Of a DNA stretch of 64,000 nucleotides, positions 41,985 through 53,200 are shown one piece after another. Position numbers and translations under genes: made by a program. Within the stretch, counting starts at the first letter, position 1. Every line of letters begins with the position of its first letter. Below the pieces are notes generated by a model. It worked only from the letters and a program-made list of their open reading frames with translations. It was not told the DNA's origin and searched no databases. This DNA comes from an archaeon (GTDB taxonomy: Archaea > Nanobdellota > Nanobdellia > Pacearchaeales > GW2011-AR1), in contig DAOVXQ010000005.1 of the NCBI GenBank assembly GCA_030636025.1, positions 12,700 through 76,699 on the forward strand, given 5' to 3'.

Positions 41985-43181
41985 TTAATTAGGAACAAGA
42001 GCAACAAAGCTATAACCTTTTAATTTAGAAAGTTCTTGGACCTCTTTTAATTTAACCGAATTAATTCTATCCTCATATTTATAATATTCTTCAGCATCTC
42101 CCCCAATCTCCCCTTGCAAAAGCTCTATCATTGTTGAATCACACTTCTCCTTGCTAATCTGCCTCAATCCAATCAACCTTTCCTTAGCCCCATCAAAATC
42201 TTTTTGATTTAATTCACTCATTTTTTTAATTTCCTTCAAAACAATTTTCTTAATTTCACTAACTTTCTCTTTAACTGTTCCCACATAAATAATTTCATAT
42301 GCATAATCTTTTGATTGTTCTAAAACACTTTTAATTGCATAACACAAACCTCTTTTTTCTCTAACTTCCTGAAACAATCTGCTACTCATCCCTCCACCCA
42401 AAATAGAATCAAAAATTTCTGCAGCATACCTATTTTTATCATTTAACTTGGGCATATGAAAACCTAAAACCTCGTGTGCCTGGTCAATTCCCTTTCTCTT
42501 CTCTATCAATTCCCCACTCTTTTCAATTATTGGAATAGAATTAATTTTTTTACTAATCTTCGGAAATTTTTTAGCTTGTTCTAAAACCAAATCCCAATTT
42601 GTATTGCCAACAACACTAAAAATAAAATTATTTGTTGAATAAATAGAATTAAATAAATCAACAACTTTTTCCCTCGACAAACCTGCCACAGTCTCGTGAG
42701 TTCCAGCAATAGACATTCCAAAAGGAAAACCATAAAGCATTTCTTTTATTTTTTCAAAAACATGTGTGCTTGGATTATCATGATACATTTTAATTTCTTC
42801 TAAAATTACCTTTCTCTCTCTTTCCAAAGCTTCTTTTTCAAACAATGGATTTAAAACCAAATCCCGAGAAATATCTGCACCCAATTCAAAATGTTTCGCA
42901 GGCATTTTATTCCAGTAACTTGTTATTTCTTCTCCTGTAAATGCATTCAAAATCCCTCCCTTCCCCTCAATTTCCCGAGGAATCTCCTCGACACTCCGAT
43001 TTTTAGTCCCCTTAAAAACCAAATGTTCAATAAAATGCGAAATCCCTTTTATCTTAACACTTTCATACTGGGCCCCAAATTTAACAGTGGTCGCAACAGA
43101 CACAACAGGCCCTTTTCTTTTTTCAAACAAAACAGTAATCCCATTATCTAATTTCTTACGATAAAACTCAACTTTTTTCAT
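41985..43181 (-). CDS. M16-family (pitrilysin-like) zinc peptidase
   Basis: The inverted zinc motif GISHFIEHLVFKGT sits near the N-terminus. Length is typical. Confidence 0.75.
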   Translation of the reverse strand: MKKVEFYRKKLDNGITVLFEKRKGPVVSVATTVKFGAQYESVKIKGISHFIEHLVFKGTKNRSVEEIPREIEGKGGILNAFTGEEITSYWNKMPAKHFELGADISRDLVLNPLFEKEALERERKVILEEIKMYHDNPSTHVFEKIKEMLYGFPFGMSIAGTHETVAGLSREKVVDLFNSIYSTNNFIFSVVGNTNWDLVLEQAKKFPKISKKINSIPIIEKSGELIEKRKGIDQAHEVLGFHMPKLNDKNRYAAEIFDSILGGGMSSRLFQEVREKRGLCYAIKSVLEQSKDYAYEIIYVGTVKEKVSEIKKIVLKEIKKMSELNQKDFDGAKERLIGLRQISKEKCDSTMIELLQGEIGGDAEEYYKYEDRINSVKLKEVQELSKLKGYSFVALVPN

Positions 43182-43270
43182 GCAATCAAAAAGAAAAATT
43201 AATTAATAAACCTATCCCCAAAAAGAAATGCAAAAAAATTAAAATAAACTTCCCAAACAAAAGAAATTTA

Positions 43271-43945
43271 TCAATCAACAACTTCTAAATCACTAATAAA
43301 ATGTCTGTGTTCTCCGTCGCTTTTAACATTAAACTTAATTTTTATATCTTTTTCAAATTCAGGCATCCCCAAAACAGCACTCTCTGCCTCGCCACCTTCA
43401 AAATCAATTCTAAATTTATGCTTCTCACTTAATTTTTTTAAATCTTTTAATTTTTCATTATCAATAATCTCCCCCAACCATTCTTTGCCAAATCCGTCGC
43501 AACTTACCTTAGTTAAAATAACCTTAAAATTCTCTTTTAATAATTTTTTCCAAACATCATCGCCCTTCAAATCCCAAAGCGGGGCATAAAATTCCAAACC
43601 AAGTTCAGAACAAATCTTCTTAATTCTCTCTCCCTGATAATTTGAAGCAATCCCTCCAACAACTATCATATCAACATTATCTTTAACTTTTTCAATCAAC
43701 CCCATTAAATCTTTAAGTTCTTTTTCTTCAACACCCTCGCTCCCCCCAATAATTAAATCAATATCTAACATTTCAGCTTGCTTTTCAACTAAATTCAAAT
43801 AAGGTTTATGAAACATAAAACTATCAAAATTCTTCGGAACAATACTCAACAAATACTTAATATCATATCCTTTTTCTAGAGCAATATGCAAAGCTAAACA
43901 CGAATCTTTTCCCCCACTAAATAACACCGCACATTTTTTAACCAT
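43271..43945 (-). CDS. diphthine-ammonia ligase / MJ0570-family PP-loop ATPase (Dph6-like)
   Basis: CAVLFSGGKDSCLALH PP-loop. 224 aa, matching the N-terminal domain family. Confidence 0.7.
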   Translation of the reverse strand: MVKKCAVLFSGGKDSCLALHIALEKGYDIKYLLSIVPKNFDSFMFHKPYLNLVEKQAEMLDIDLIIGGSEGVEEKELKDLMGLIEKVKDNVDMIVVGGIASNYQGERIKKICSELGLEFYAPLWDLKGDDVWKKLLKENFKVILTKVSCDGFGKEWLGEIIDNEKLKDLKKLSEKHKFRIDFEGGEAESAVLGMPEFEKDIKIKFNVKSDGEHRHFISDLEVVD

Positions 43946-44056
43946 AACCTAAAGATAAAAATCCCTTATTTAAATCTTACCAATAAATTTAATCTATAAA
44001 ACAATCTCACTAATCTCCTTAACAAAATATTTAAACATCTACAACCTAATTAATCC

Positions 44057-44980
44057 ATGCCAATTAATCCAACTTATGAATATATTAATGCAGAAACAGA
44101 ATACCATAAAGCACAAACAGATACAGAAAGACTTAAAAGTTTAGAAAAAATGTTGAGAACTGCTCCTGCCCACAAGGGTTCTGAAAAATTCAGGGGAGAT
44201 ATAAGATTAAAAATTAAAAAATTAAAGGAAAAAATAATTAAAGATAAAAAATTAGGTTCAAAAAAAGGGCATGGCCCATCACAAGGAATTAAAAAACAAG
44301 ATATGCAGGCAGTTCTTTTGGGGCTGACTAATTCTGGGAAATCCTCAATTTTAAAATCAATAACAAATGCAAATCCAAAAATAGCCAGTTATGGTTTTAC
44401 AACCTCTCAACCAAAAATAGGAACTTTAAATTATAATGGATGCAATATCCAGATAATAGACCTCCCCCCAATCGCAAGTGAAAATTTTGAACAGGGAATC
44501 GTCAATAACACAGACACAATATTAATTGTGGTTGAGAAACTCCATGAAATAAAACCCATTCTCGAAACAATAAAAAAGAACAAAACATCCAAAAAAATAA
44601 TCATCTTCAATAAAATTGATTTATATGATGAAAACACAAAAAGAAAAATTAAGGAAACACTCAAATCCAAACGCCATAATTTTGTTCTTGTTTCAACAAA
44701 CACCGACGAAGGATTAAAAGAATTAAAAGATAAAATTTTTGATTCATTTGACAAAATAAGAATTTACACAAAACATTCTGGGAAAAAAGCAGATAAAATC
44801 CCAATCATTCTCCCACCCAACCCAACATTAAAAGAAGTTGCAGAAAAAATCCTTCATGGATATTCAAAAAAAGTCAAATTCGCGAAAATAACAGGACCCT
44901 CCTGTAAATTTCCAAATCAAAAAATCGGTTTAAAGCACATTGTAAAAGACAAAGACATTGTAGAATTCATAACAGACTAA
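44057..44980 (+). CDS. DRG/Obg-like GTPase with C-terminal TGS domain
   Basis: G1 GLTNSGKSS, G3 IIDLPP, G4 FNKIDL, and a C-terminal TGS-like IRIYTK...VEF. Confidence 0.7.
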   Translation: MPINPTYEYINAETEYHKAQTDTERLKSLEKMLRTAPAHKGSEKFRGDIRLKIKKLKEKIIKDKKLGSKKGHGPSQGIKKQDMQAVLLGLTNSGKSSILKSITNANPKIASYGFTTSQPKIGTLNYNGCNIQIIDLPPIASENFEQGIVNNTDTILIVVEKLHEIKPILETIKKNKTSKKIIIFNKIDLYDENTKRKIKETLKSKRHNFVLVSTNTDEGLKELKDKIFDSFDKIRIYTKHSGKKADKIPIILPPNPTLKEVAEKILHGYSKKVKFAKITGPSCKFPNQKIGLKHIVKDKDIVEFITD

Positions 44981-46044
44981 CCACCAGCTCTTTTTTTCTC
45001 ACCAATTAAATAAGAATTTATTTTTTCCAATCTTGTTTCAATTTCAGGCAAACATTTTTCATTTAAATGTTTTAAATAATCCTCTGGGTTAACATTCCGA
45101 GGAATACCTAAAACACGCATATCAAAAAAAGGATGCTCAATTAATTTGATTTTATCCCCCTCCCTTAAACTTTCTTTAATTCCCTTAATTAATCTCCCTG
45201 TTTTTCCAGCATAATCTAAATACCTATGAACTTCTTCTCCAAGATATTCTGGAGTCCAGGTATAAAAAAAATCCCCGCAATCCGAATCCCTTATTCTTTT
45301 TGCTTTCAAAACATCTTTTTCAATTCCCTGTATTTTACTATCCAACATGCCCAATTTAGCAACCTCCCGAACCAAAATATTCGCAAGAGTTTCTCTTTTT
45401 CCATAATATGCTGTCGCTATTCTTTTCTTAATTTCACCTTTATTAAATAACTTAAAAAAATCCTGCACTTCGCGAGGATGATGAATATTATTCATAAAAC
45501 CCTTAACTTCATCACCAATCACCAAATCTAATTTATCTAACTTAGGATACATTTCACTAAAACTCCATCCACCCTCTTTAATTAATTCTAATTTTGCAAA
45601 TCCAATATTTCCTTGTTCCTCAGATTTTTCTAAATCTTCTAAATTAAATTTAAAATCAGAAGAAAAAGAATCTGTTGTTAGTTTTGTCTTAACCGGAATA
45701 ATAATTTCACAAGAATAATTATAACCAAGATTCATCATATCCATAGAATTCATTAACCCAAACGTTCTAATGCTCTCAGGGAAAACATCATTTAAATCCC
45801 TAACCTCAATTTCTCCTGAAATAATTCCTGCCTCAACATGAAAACAATGCCCTGCTGGATGCGCAACCCCCTCAGCCCTTTTAGTTATAAAATTTCTAGA
45901 ACACATAATAATCCCCCCCTGATTCCCTTCAATTTTACCCTTAATTAAATCAATTTCTTCCTCAATCTTTTTTACAATTTCTTCCTTTGAGTGAATTCCA
46001 ATATTCATAATCACATAAAACAAACTAACTTTAAAAAGAAACAT
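44977..46044 (-). CDS. hypothetical protein
   Basis: 355-aa ORF. A likelier start is MNIGIHS at 46008. Confidence 0.45.
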   Translation of the reverse strand: MFLFKVSLFYVIMNIGIHSKEEIVKKIEEEIDLIKGKIEGNQGGIIMCSRNFITKRAEGVAHPAGHCFHVEAGIISGEIEVRDLNDVFPESIRTFGLMNSMDMMNLGYNYSCEIIIPVKTKLTTDSFSSDFKFNLEDLEKSEEQGNIGFAKLELIKEGGWSFSEMYPKLDKLDLVIGDEVKGFMNNIHHPREVQDFFKLFNKGEIKKRIATAYYGKRETLANILVREVAKLGMLDSKIQGIEKDVLKAKRIRDSDCGDFFYTWTPEYLGEEVHRYLDYAGKTGRLIKGIKESLREGDKIKLIEHPFFDMRVLGIPRNVNPEDYLKHLNEKCLPEIETRLEKINSYLIGEKKRAGG

Positions 46045-46123
46045 GTAATAGAATTCATAAGAATCTCAGGCAAAAAAACAATACCACCAAAATTTTTAAT
46101 AAACCTTCTTCTTTCAAAAACCA

Positions 46124-46477
46124 ATGAACCCAAATCAAAAAACCCTGCTAAAAATATCTCTAATTATTTCATTAATTGGAATTTTAACACTTTTATTTTT
46201 AGCAAACATCCAGGAACCAAAACTAATTTCAATAGATAAAATCACTGACAAACAACTAAATAAAAATATCAAAGTTCAGGGACAAATTACAAATATTAAA
46301 ACCTACAAAGATTCAAACTTTCAGGTTATTTCAATAAAAGATGGAACAGGAAAAATAGATATAACCACAAATCAGATTTTGAATTTAACAAACTCTCAAA
46401 ATCTCATTGTCATCGGCAAACTAACAGAATACAAAAACAATCTGCAAATTCAGGCAAATAAAATATCTATCTCTTGA
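46124..46477 (+). CDS. membrane-anchored OB-fold (tRNA_anti-like) protein
   Basis: N-terminal TM, then KNIKVQGQITNIK...ISIKDGTGKIDIT...IVIGKLTEYKNNLQIQ. Confidence 0.55.
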   Translation: MNPNQKTLLKISLIISLIGILTLLFLANIQEPKLISIDKITDKQLNKNIKVQGQITNIKTYKDSNFQVISIKDGTGKIDITTNQILNLTNSQNLIVIGKLTEYKNNLQIQANKISIS

Positions 46478-46730
46478 TTCTAAACTCAACAACTTTTTCT
46501 TTCAAAATATTTCTTTTAATCTTTTTCTTAATTTTAAAAAAACTTTTAACACTAATTATTAATCCAGACAAAAATAAGCCAATCATTCCACCCAAAAATA
46601 AAAACTTCTGTCCAATCCTAACCAAAATCGGAACAGCCTGCTCTTTTCTAAGTTCAATCCTTTTTTCCGGCTCATAAGTTTCAAAAGGACATTTCCGATA
46701 TTTCCTAATCCTATATTTCTCTTTTTTCAT
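46467..46730 (-). CDS. hypothetical small membrane protein
   Basis: 87 aa with one TM. Confidence 0.35.
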   Translation of the reverse strand: MKKEKYRIRKYRKCPFETYEPEKRIELRKEQAVPILVRIGQKFLFLGGMIGLFLSGLIISVKSFFKIKKKIKRNILKEKVVEFRIKR

Positions 46731-46780
46731 TCATAGAAAAAGAAAAGCTTATTTATATATTTTAACAATCTTTTACATTT

Positions 46781-47989
46781 ATGATATTTTACCTTATCCT
46801 CGCACTCGCTCTCGGAATCCTCGCAGGAACAATCACCGGACTCATCCCAGGAATCCATATCAACCTCATAGCAATTCTTCTTCTTTCAATATCTTCATCG
46901 CTACTTAACATAACCTCTCCACTAACCCTAATAATTTTCATAACAGCCATGGCAATCACCCACACATTTGTAGATTTCATTCCTTCGATTTTTTTAGGCG
47001 CCCCTGACGAAGACTCTGTTCTTTCAGTTCTTCCAGGGCACAAACTATTATTGAAAGGACGCGCCTATCATGCAATAATCCTGACATTAAGAGGAAGTTT
47101 AACCGCATTAATCATCATTCTCGTTTTTGCCCCAATTTTCATTTACATACTTCCAAAAATCTACCCCTATGTTTTAAAAATAATGCCCCTAATTTTAATA
47201 CTCACATCAATATATTTAATTTCCACTGAAAAACAAAAAAAACTCTGGGCATTAATCATTTTTCTTTTAGCTGGCTTTTTAGGAATCGCAACACTTAATT
47301 TAAATTTAAATCAACCCCTTCTCCCGCTTTTAACAGGATTATTTGGAGCAAGCAACATTATCCTAAGCATAAAACAAAAAACCAAAATCCCAAAACAAAA
47401 ATTAACAAAACTCAAAAAAGTAAAATTAAGAAGTAAATCTTTTCTTAAAGCAAGTTTATCTTCAATAATCGCAGCCCCCCTAACTTCTTTTCTCCCAGGA
47501 CTCGGAAGTGCCCAGGCAGCAGTAATCGGAAGCAATGTCGCAGGAGATTTAGACCAAAGAGAATTTTTATTTCTTTTAGGTGCAATAAACACAATCGTCA
47601 TGGGCTTATCATTTATCGCCCTCTACTCAATCCAAAAAACCAGAACCGGTGCAGCAGTTGCAATCGCAGAAATCCTGCCTGAACTAACAAAAAATAAGTT
47701 GTTCTACATAATTTTAACAATAATCATCTCAGGAATAATCGCATTTTTCATAACAATCCAAATAGCAAAATTCACAGCAAAAAGAATCCACAAATTCAAT
47801 TACTCAAAACTCTCAATAATCATCCTCGCAATTTTAACAATCATCACAATTTATTTCACAGGATTACTCGGGCTTTTAGTTTTTACAATCTCTGCCTCAT
47901 TAGGAATCTCAACAATTTTTTTAGGAATTAGAAGAATGCATTTAATGGGTTGTTTGTTGGTCCCAACAATTTTGTTTTATATATTTTAG
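46781..47989 (+). CDS. TctA/DUF112-family membrane protein
   Basis: LAGTITGLIPGIH near the N-terminus and FLPGLGSAQAAVIGS mid-protein. About 10 TM helices. Confidence 0.5.
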   Translation: MIFYLILALALGILAGTITGLIPGIHINLIAILLLSISSSLLNITSPLTLIIFITAMAITHTFVDFIPSIFLGAPDEDSVLSVLPGHKLLLKGRAYHAIILTLRGSLTALIIILVFAPIFIYILPKIYPYVLKIMPLILILTSIYLISTEKQKKLWALIIFLLAGFLGIATLNLNLNQPLLPLLTGLFGASNIILSIKQKTKIPKQKLTKLKKVKLRSKSFLKASLSSIIAAPLTSFLPGLGSAQAAVIGSNVAGDLDQREFLFLLGAINTIVMGLSFIALYSIQKTRTGAAVAIAEILPELTKNKLFYIILTIIISGIIAFFITIQIAKFTAKRIHKFNYSKLSIIILAILTIITIYFTGLLGLLVFTISASLGISTIFLGIRRMHLMGCLLVPTILFYIF

Positions 47990-48021
47990 AAAGCGATTTT
48001 TTATTAACTTAAATAATAAAT

Positions 48022-48486
48022 TTAATCTTGAGAATTTAAATATTCTTCCATTTTACTTATCTGAATATTTCTTTTTTCTCTATAATGTCTAATTATTCCA
48101 AACCAATCACTATGGGTTTCACTATAACCTAAATATAAGCCCCCTTCATCTATTTTTCCTTCACTTAGATTTTTATGGGTTCTTAAAATAACATATTCTT
48201 CAGGTAATCCTGAACCCTCATAGCCAAGTGATTTGGCCATCTTTATCCCTTCTTCTCTACTTAAAATATTATCAGAACCTGCGGCCTTCCCCATACACCT
48301 ATCAACTAATGTTGTTGCCCTTTCAGAGTTTTGAATCATTTGCTCTACCCTTAAGTCATATCGCTTTGTTTCCTCTTTAAACTTTGGGCTCAAAAAACCC
48401 CATGCAAACACCCCTCCAACAACTAATGTTATTGTAAATAAAGATGCACCACATAGATATTTAAAAGATTTATATTTATCCGACAT
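48022..48486 (-). CDS. hypothetical membrane-anchored protein
   Basis: 154 aa with an N-terminal TM. Confidence 0.4.
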   Translation of the reverse strand: MSDKYKSFKYLCGASLFTITLVVGGVFAWGFLSPKFKEETKRYDLRVEQMIQNSERATTLVDRCMGKAAGSDNILSREEGIKMAKSLGYEGSGLPEEYVILRTHKNLSEGKIDEGGLYLGYSETHSDWFGIIRHYREKRNIQISKMEEYLNSQD

Positions 48487-48855
48487 TTTAAGATTTATTA
48501 ATTATTTTATTTAACTCCAAAACAAGTCCATTTTCGATATTTAAAGATTATTGTAGTTCATCACTATAAAATAGTAATCCTTTTATCTTTCAGATTATAC
48601 TTTTTGATTTAATTCCGGCTAAAATTAATATTAATTAATATTACTTTTATTATAAATACAAATGTAATAAGCTCGTTCCTGTTTCCAACAATTTTGTTTT
48701 ATTTGCTTTAAAGATTATTTCCCAAGAGGTTAATTTAAACACAATCCACTATTATAAAGAAAGTTTAGAAATTAAATATTAGTTCATTAAGTAATAATTA
48801 TAAAGTAGTATCAAAACATAAAGATTTATAAGGAGCAATATTTAAAGTAATTAAG

Positions 48856-49479
48856 ATGGAAATAATATATTTTAAAACAATTAGGGGCACTAGTGAATTA
48901 AAACCTTTTGTATCTCAAGGAGAACGATTTGAATCTGGAGGCATTTACTCAGGATTTCATATTCTTAAGAACTATGATTTAAAGGGTTTAAAAAAAAATC
49001 TTGTTGACAATATTGAAAAAAGTTTAAAAGAAAAAGATTTTATAATAACTCGTAATAATGATAATGAATTGTGGGTCTCAGAACCAAATAAATTCTCATT
49101 AAATCTTAATGCAATAGTTACTAATAGTGGCTGTAGGACTCCTAACAAAAGTGAAAGGATGTTCCTCTGTGTTAAAGATTATGAAAAGACAGGGATTAAA
49201 ACAATAAAGGTAGGCATATTTAGAAGGGGGAAAAAAATACCTGTTTATGAAGAGATTCCCTCTGTAGACATAGAGGGGAAAGTGCAGTATGCAGATTTTA
49301 GAGAAGATAACCCTGTTTCAGTTCTTAATGTATTAATTTCCCTTGGATACCAATCAAAAGCAATATCCCTACCTCAAGAAGTTAAAGAGACTGCCAAAGG
49401 ATTAGAAGAATCAATTAAGGATGTAGCTTCAAATCTTCCATTAATTGGTGCTAAAGATGTACTCATAGATCCTTATTAG
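48856..49479 (+). CDS. hypothetical protein
   Basis: 207-aa ORF after a long AT-rich gap. Confidence 0.4.
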   Translation: MEIIYFKTIRGTSELKPFVSQGERFESGGIYSGFHILKNYDLKGLKKNLVDNIEKSLKEKDFIITRNNDNELWVSEPNKFSLNLNAIVTNSGCRTPNKSERMFLCVKDYEKTGIKTIKVGIFRRGKKIPVYEEIPSVDIEGKVQYADFREDNPVSVLNVLISLGYQSKAISLPQEVKETAKGLEESIKDVASNLPLIGAKDVLIDPY

Positions 49480-49535
49480 ATTAAAGGCATTATTTTAATT
49501 TTTTTGTTTATATTATCTAACAAAAAATTAAAAAA

Positions 49536-49733
49536 CTACACGGCAACCTTATTTCCATCAACAAAATTATTCTGATGCTCATTTATCTCTCCTACTCCTA
49601 AATCTTGCTTTGTCAAAAACCAAGCAAACTTTAAAAAATTCTGGGCAATAGGATTCTCCAAATTCAATTTATACATCTCGGATTTCCCAACTCTTCTTGT
49701 CCGAATAATTATTCCCTTTTCCAAAAATTCCAC
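49536..49733 (-). pseudogene. possible truncated winged-helix regulator fragment
   Basis: 65 aa with a GTG start immediately after a TAG. Only the wing part is present (IIRTRRVGKSEMYKLN). Confidence 0.25.
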
Positions 49734-49797
49734 CTAACATCTTAAATAAGAAATTCTCTTATTTTTAAATTAAACTATAATCAAAAATACATTTAAG

Positions 49798-50160
49798 CTA
49801 TTTCAATAAAAAATGCCAAACAGAAAAACCAACACCAATCAAAACTAACAAACTGATAATAATTATTATCCACAACCATTTCTTAGATTTTTTGGGAACA
49901 GGCATATTTATTGCACTATTCTTTTGAACATTCCCTGCTATCGCCACAGGTTTCTCCTCAACAATATTTGTTTTATTAATTTTATTTATCGTCGCAGAAA
50001 CACTCGGAACATTTTTTTTAGAGTCCAAATCTAACTGAACCAAGGCATCGTCAATATCTTTTTGTGTATGTCCTGAAGAAAGAATTTTCTTTTTCAACGC
50101 CCCAAGATTATAATTCCCCCGATTAACTCTCAAATATTCCAAAACTATTTTGTTCACCAT
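49798..50160 (-). CDS. hypothetical protein with C-terminal TM anchor
   Basis: Start placed at MVNKIVLEYL (50160); the track ORF extends to 50241. Confidence 0.4.
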   Translation of the reverse strand: MVNKIVLEYLRVNRGNYNLGALKKKILSSGHTQKDIDDALVQLDLDSKKNVPSVSATINKINKTNIVEEKPVAIAGNVQKNSAINMPVPKKSKKWLWIIIIISLLVLIGVGFSVWHFLLK

Positions 50161-50285
50161 CTTTATATAATATAACAAAAAGAATTTATAAATGTTTTGT
50201 ATGAAAATACATAACCCCCTCCAACCCAACCTGCCTTTCATTACCCGAAACCTTGCCTCTTAAGACGAGGAGTCAGAAAAACAAA

Positions 50286-53200
50286 TTAAATAAATTCAGA
50301 AAGTCCAACCTGCTTCTCATTATCTTTACCAAAAATACTTTGAATATACCTTTTTGTTAATTCTAAATCCTGAATAATATATCTCGGAACATCATAATTC
50401 CTAGTAAGCTCTAAAGCCGGCTCTAAATATTTAACAATGCTCCCGTAAGAAATTGTAAAAATAATCTTCCCATTGCATTTCGTGCATTTGCCTGACAACG
50501 GAACCCTCCTGAAACTTTCATTGCACTTGCCGCACCTAAACTTCTGCTGCGAAAACTTCCTCAAATTTCCCTTCAAATCCCTCATAAAATGCCTGTCAAT
50601 AATCAACCTCGCAACATCTCCCTGGTCAACACTCCTCAGCTTTATGCACAATTCCATTTGTGCAGCAACTTTTTCCCGCATTGTCGGAAGAATTTTATAG
50701 TTACTGCACAAAGCACCACTATTAAAATTATCAATATCATGAGTAAAACCAGTCCCCACATAAGGGTCCTCGCCCCTTCCAATCCTCTGTTTAACCATTT
50801 CAATCTCAACCTCGCCAGAATGCAACTCTTGCTCTGCTTTTTCATATAATTCGAGAGGATAACTATCAACTAATTCAAAATCCAAAATCTGGTCGTCAAC
50901 TTCCCGAGCATAAATCCTTCCATTCAAAACCAAAGGAGCATCCTGAGTCCCCCCCCTGTGAGCAGGAAGAAATTTCCTTGAAAAATTAATCAACACATCA
51001 GACAACAACATCAAAGCAGCCTCATCGCCATCACAGTCACGCCTAATAGCCGCATGCATATATGCACTTGCATACAATCCCTGCACTTTTGAAAATCCAA
51101 TAAACCTGCAAATAACCCCTGCACAATTATGCGGAGCCATGCAAACCCCCAAAGTCCCAACCAACTCATCCCTTGTTTTAATATTATGAAACCTCGGCAA
51201 CCCATAAAATTTCTCAAGCAATTCATCAATAAACTTCGTAGCATTAATAAAAACATCGTCGGCTTTTTCATCACCTGCAATCTCATTGCACGGAAGAATA
51301 ACATCATGCGGTTTTAATTCCAAAATCTGATTCTCATTAACCAATTCCTTGCCCAAATAATCTTTATCATAACCTAACTCTTTCAACTTAGAAACACTAA
51401 CCTCAATCTCTTTTGGCTTAAAATGACTAATCGGCAGCTCAGTCATATCATACCGAATCGTCCCATCTTTATTAACCCGTAAATTATGCTTTGCCCTCAA
51501 AATCCCCTTAATCAAATTCTCCATATTATGCCCCCCAGAACTCGTCCCACGAACACCCTTAATCAACTCAGGAACTTGATATTTCCCAAGCCCCAATTTC
51601 TGCCTCGCAGAATCAAAATAATGTTTCATATCAATTTTAACATTCTTAAATGTATTTCCTTTTTCATGAATCTTGCATACCTCGCCATCAAGCGCATGAT
51701 TGCAAATTCTGCAAAAATACTTTTGTTTTGTTTTATCTCCACAACATTCACAAGTTCGATAAATCGTTTCTCTCTTGCATTTCTCACAATAATAAAATGG
51801 AAAATTAGATTTCACACTCCCAACTTCAACAGCCGCATTAACACTTCTCAACCTTCCCCCCTCCACCCCCACAGGAAACAAAACATTCGGACTCCCAATC
51901 AACTTTCTCAACTTCGCCTTTTCAGGCCTCCCCATTCTCGTCCCAATAAAATCTCCTGCCTTATTTCTAATCTTAAACTTGCTTAATTTATTTACAACTT
52001 TCAAAACATCCTTTTCCTTTCGAAAATCAAAATCAATTTGCAACTCTCCAGAATAATCTGGCTCAAATCCTAAATTAATTAACAACGCCTGAGTATTAAC
52101 CTCATCTAAAATAACATTCTCAATACCAACCTCATGAACAACCCCCAACAACTCCAACCCCCTCTTCCCAACAGGAAATCTTTCCTTCTCTGTTTTATTA
52201 TATGGAAAAAGCAACTTCCCCTCATTAATCCGAGAATGCTGAAACCAATCAACCAATCCCAAAAACATTTTATAATCAATCTGATTCCAATAATAAATAT
52301 AATTTGGATGTAGTGCAACATTGAATTTCTTAGAAATATCTATTGCGTCATTTAATTCAACAGAATAACAATTTTCCACACTGCCGCCAACTTTCTTTAA
52401 TTCCAATTCCCACCATTCTTCTACATAACCAGGCCGAATTAATTTTGCATTCCGATTCTGAACATCCCCTAACGGAAACAAAAGGTCTCCCAAATAAATT
52501 ATCTCTTCAATTTCATTGTATAATTTTTTGGCCTCATCATAATCACTTAATTTTTTAACACTTCCATTTTTCAATTTAACAATCGGTCCGTCAATTGAAT
52601 CACAGGGGGTTGTAACACACCCTTTGGTTGGCCTTTCAAGTTTTAATTGAGTTCCTGTTGCAATAAAATCATTTGTAACAGCCATTGTCGCTGGATGGAC
52701 ACTTACTGCAGAAAACCCTGCAACCCGCGAACGCCCATATCTAAATCTAAACCCTTTTCCAGGATGCCCAAAAACAGGACGACCCGCAACCAAATCCTTA
52801 ATATAAGTCGGCCCGCTATCTCCTGCCTTCCCCTGAGTTTGCTTCTCATGCAATTCAACATATTCATCAAGCCACTCCCAACCCTTAACATCAATCCCAT
52901 TCTTCTGAATCCCTTTCAAAATTCTCAACCCCTTGGGTGCCTTCTGAGCAATCCCCTCTCCCATAATCAAACAAAAACCACCCCGGATAAAATTACTCTC
53001 AACCCTATCCAAATCCTTAAAATTCGAAACCTCTCTTTTTTCAGTTGGGTCTCCAGAAACCTGAATCGGCATATGTTTTGCAATAAACATCGCCTCTGCC
53101 TCAGTCGGCATATACTGAAGATTCGTAACCCTGTCATGATAATCAGTCAGCTCTGTAAAAACCCTCTTAATTTCTTTCTCAGTCGGGTCATATTTCGCAT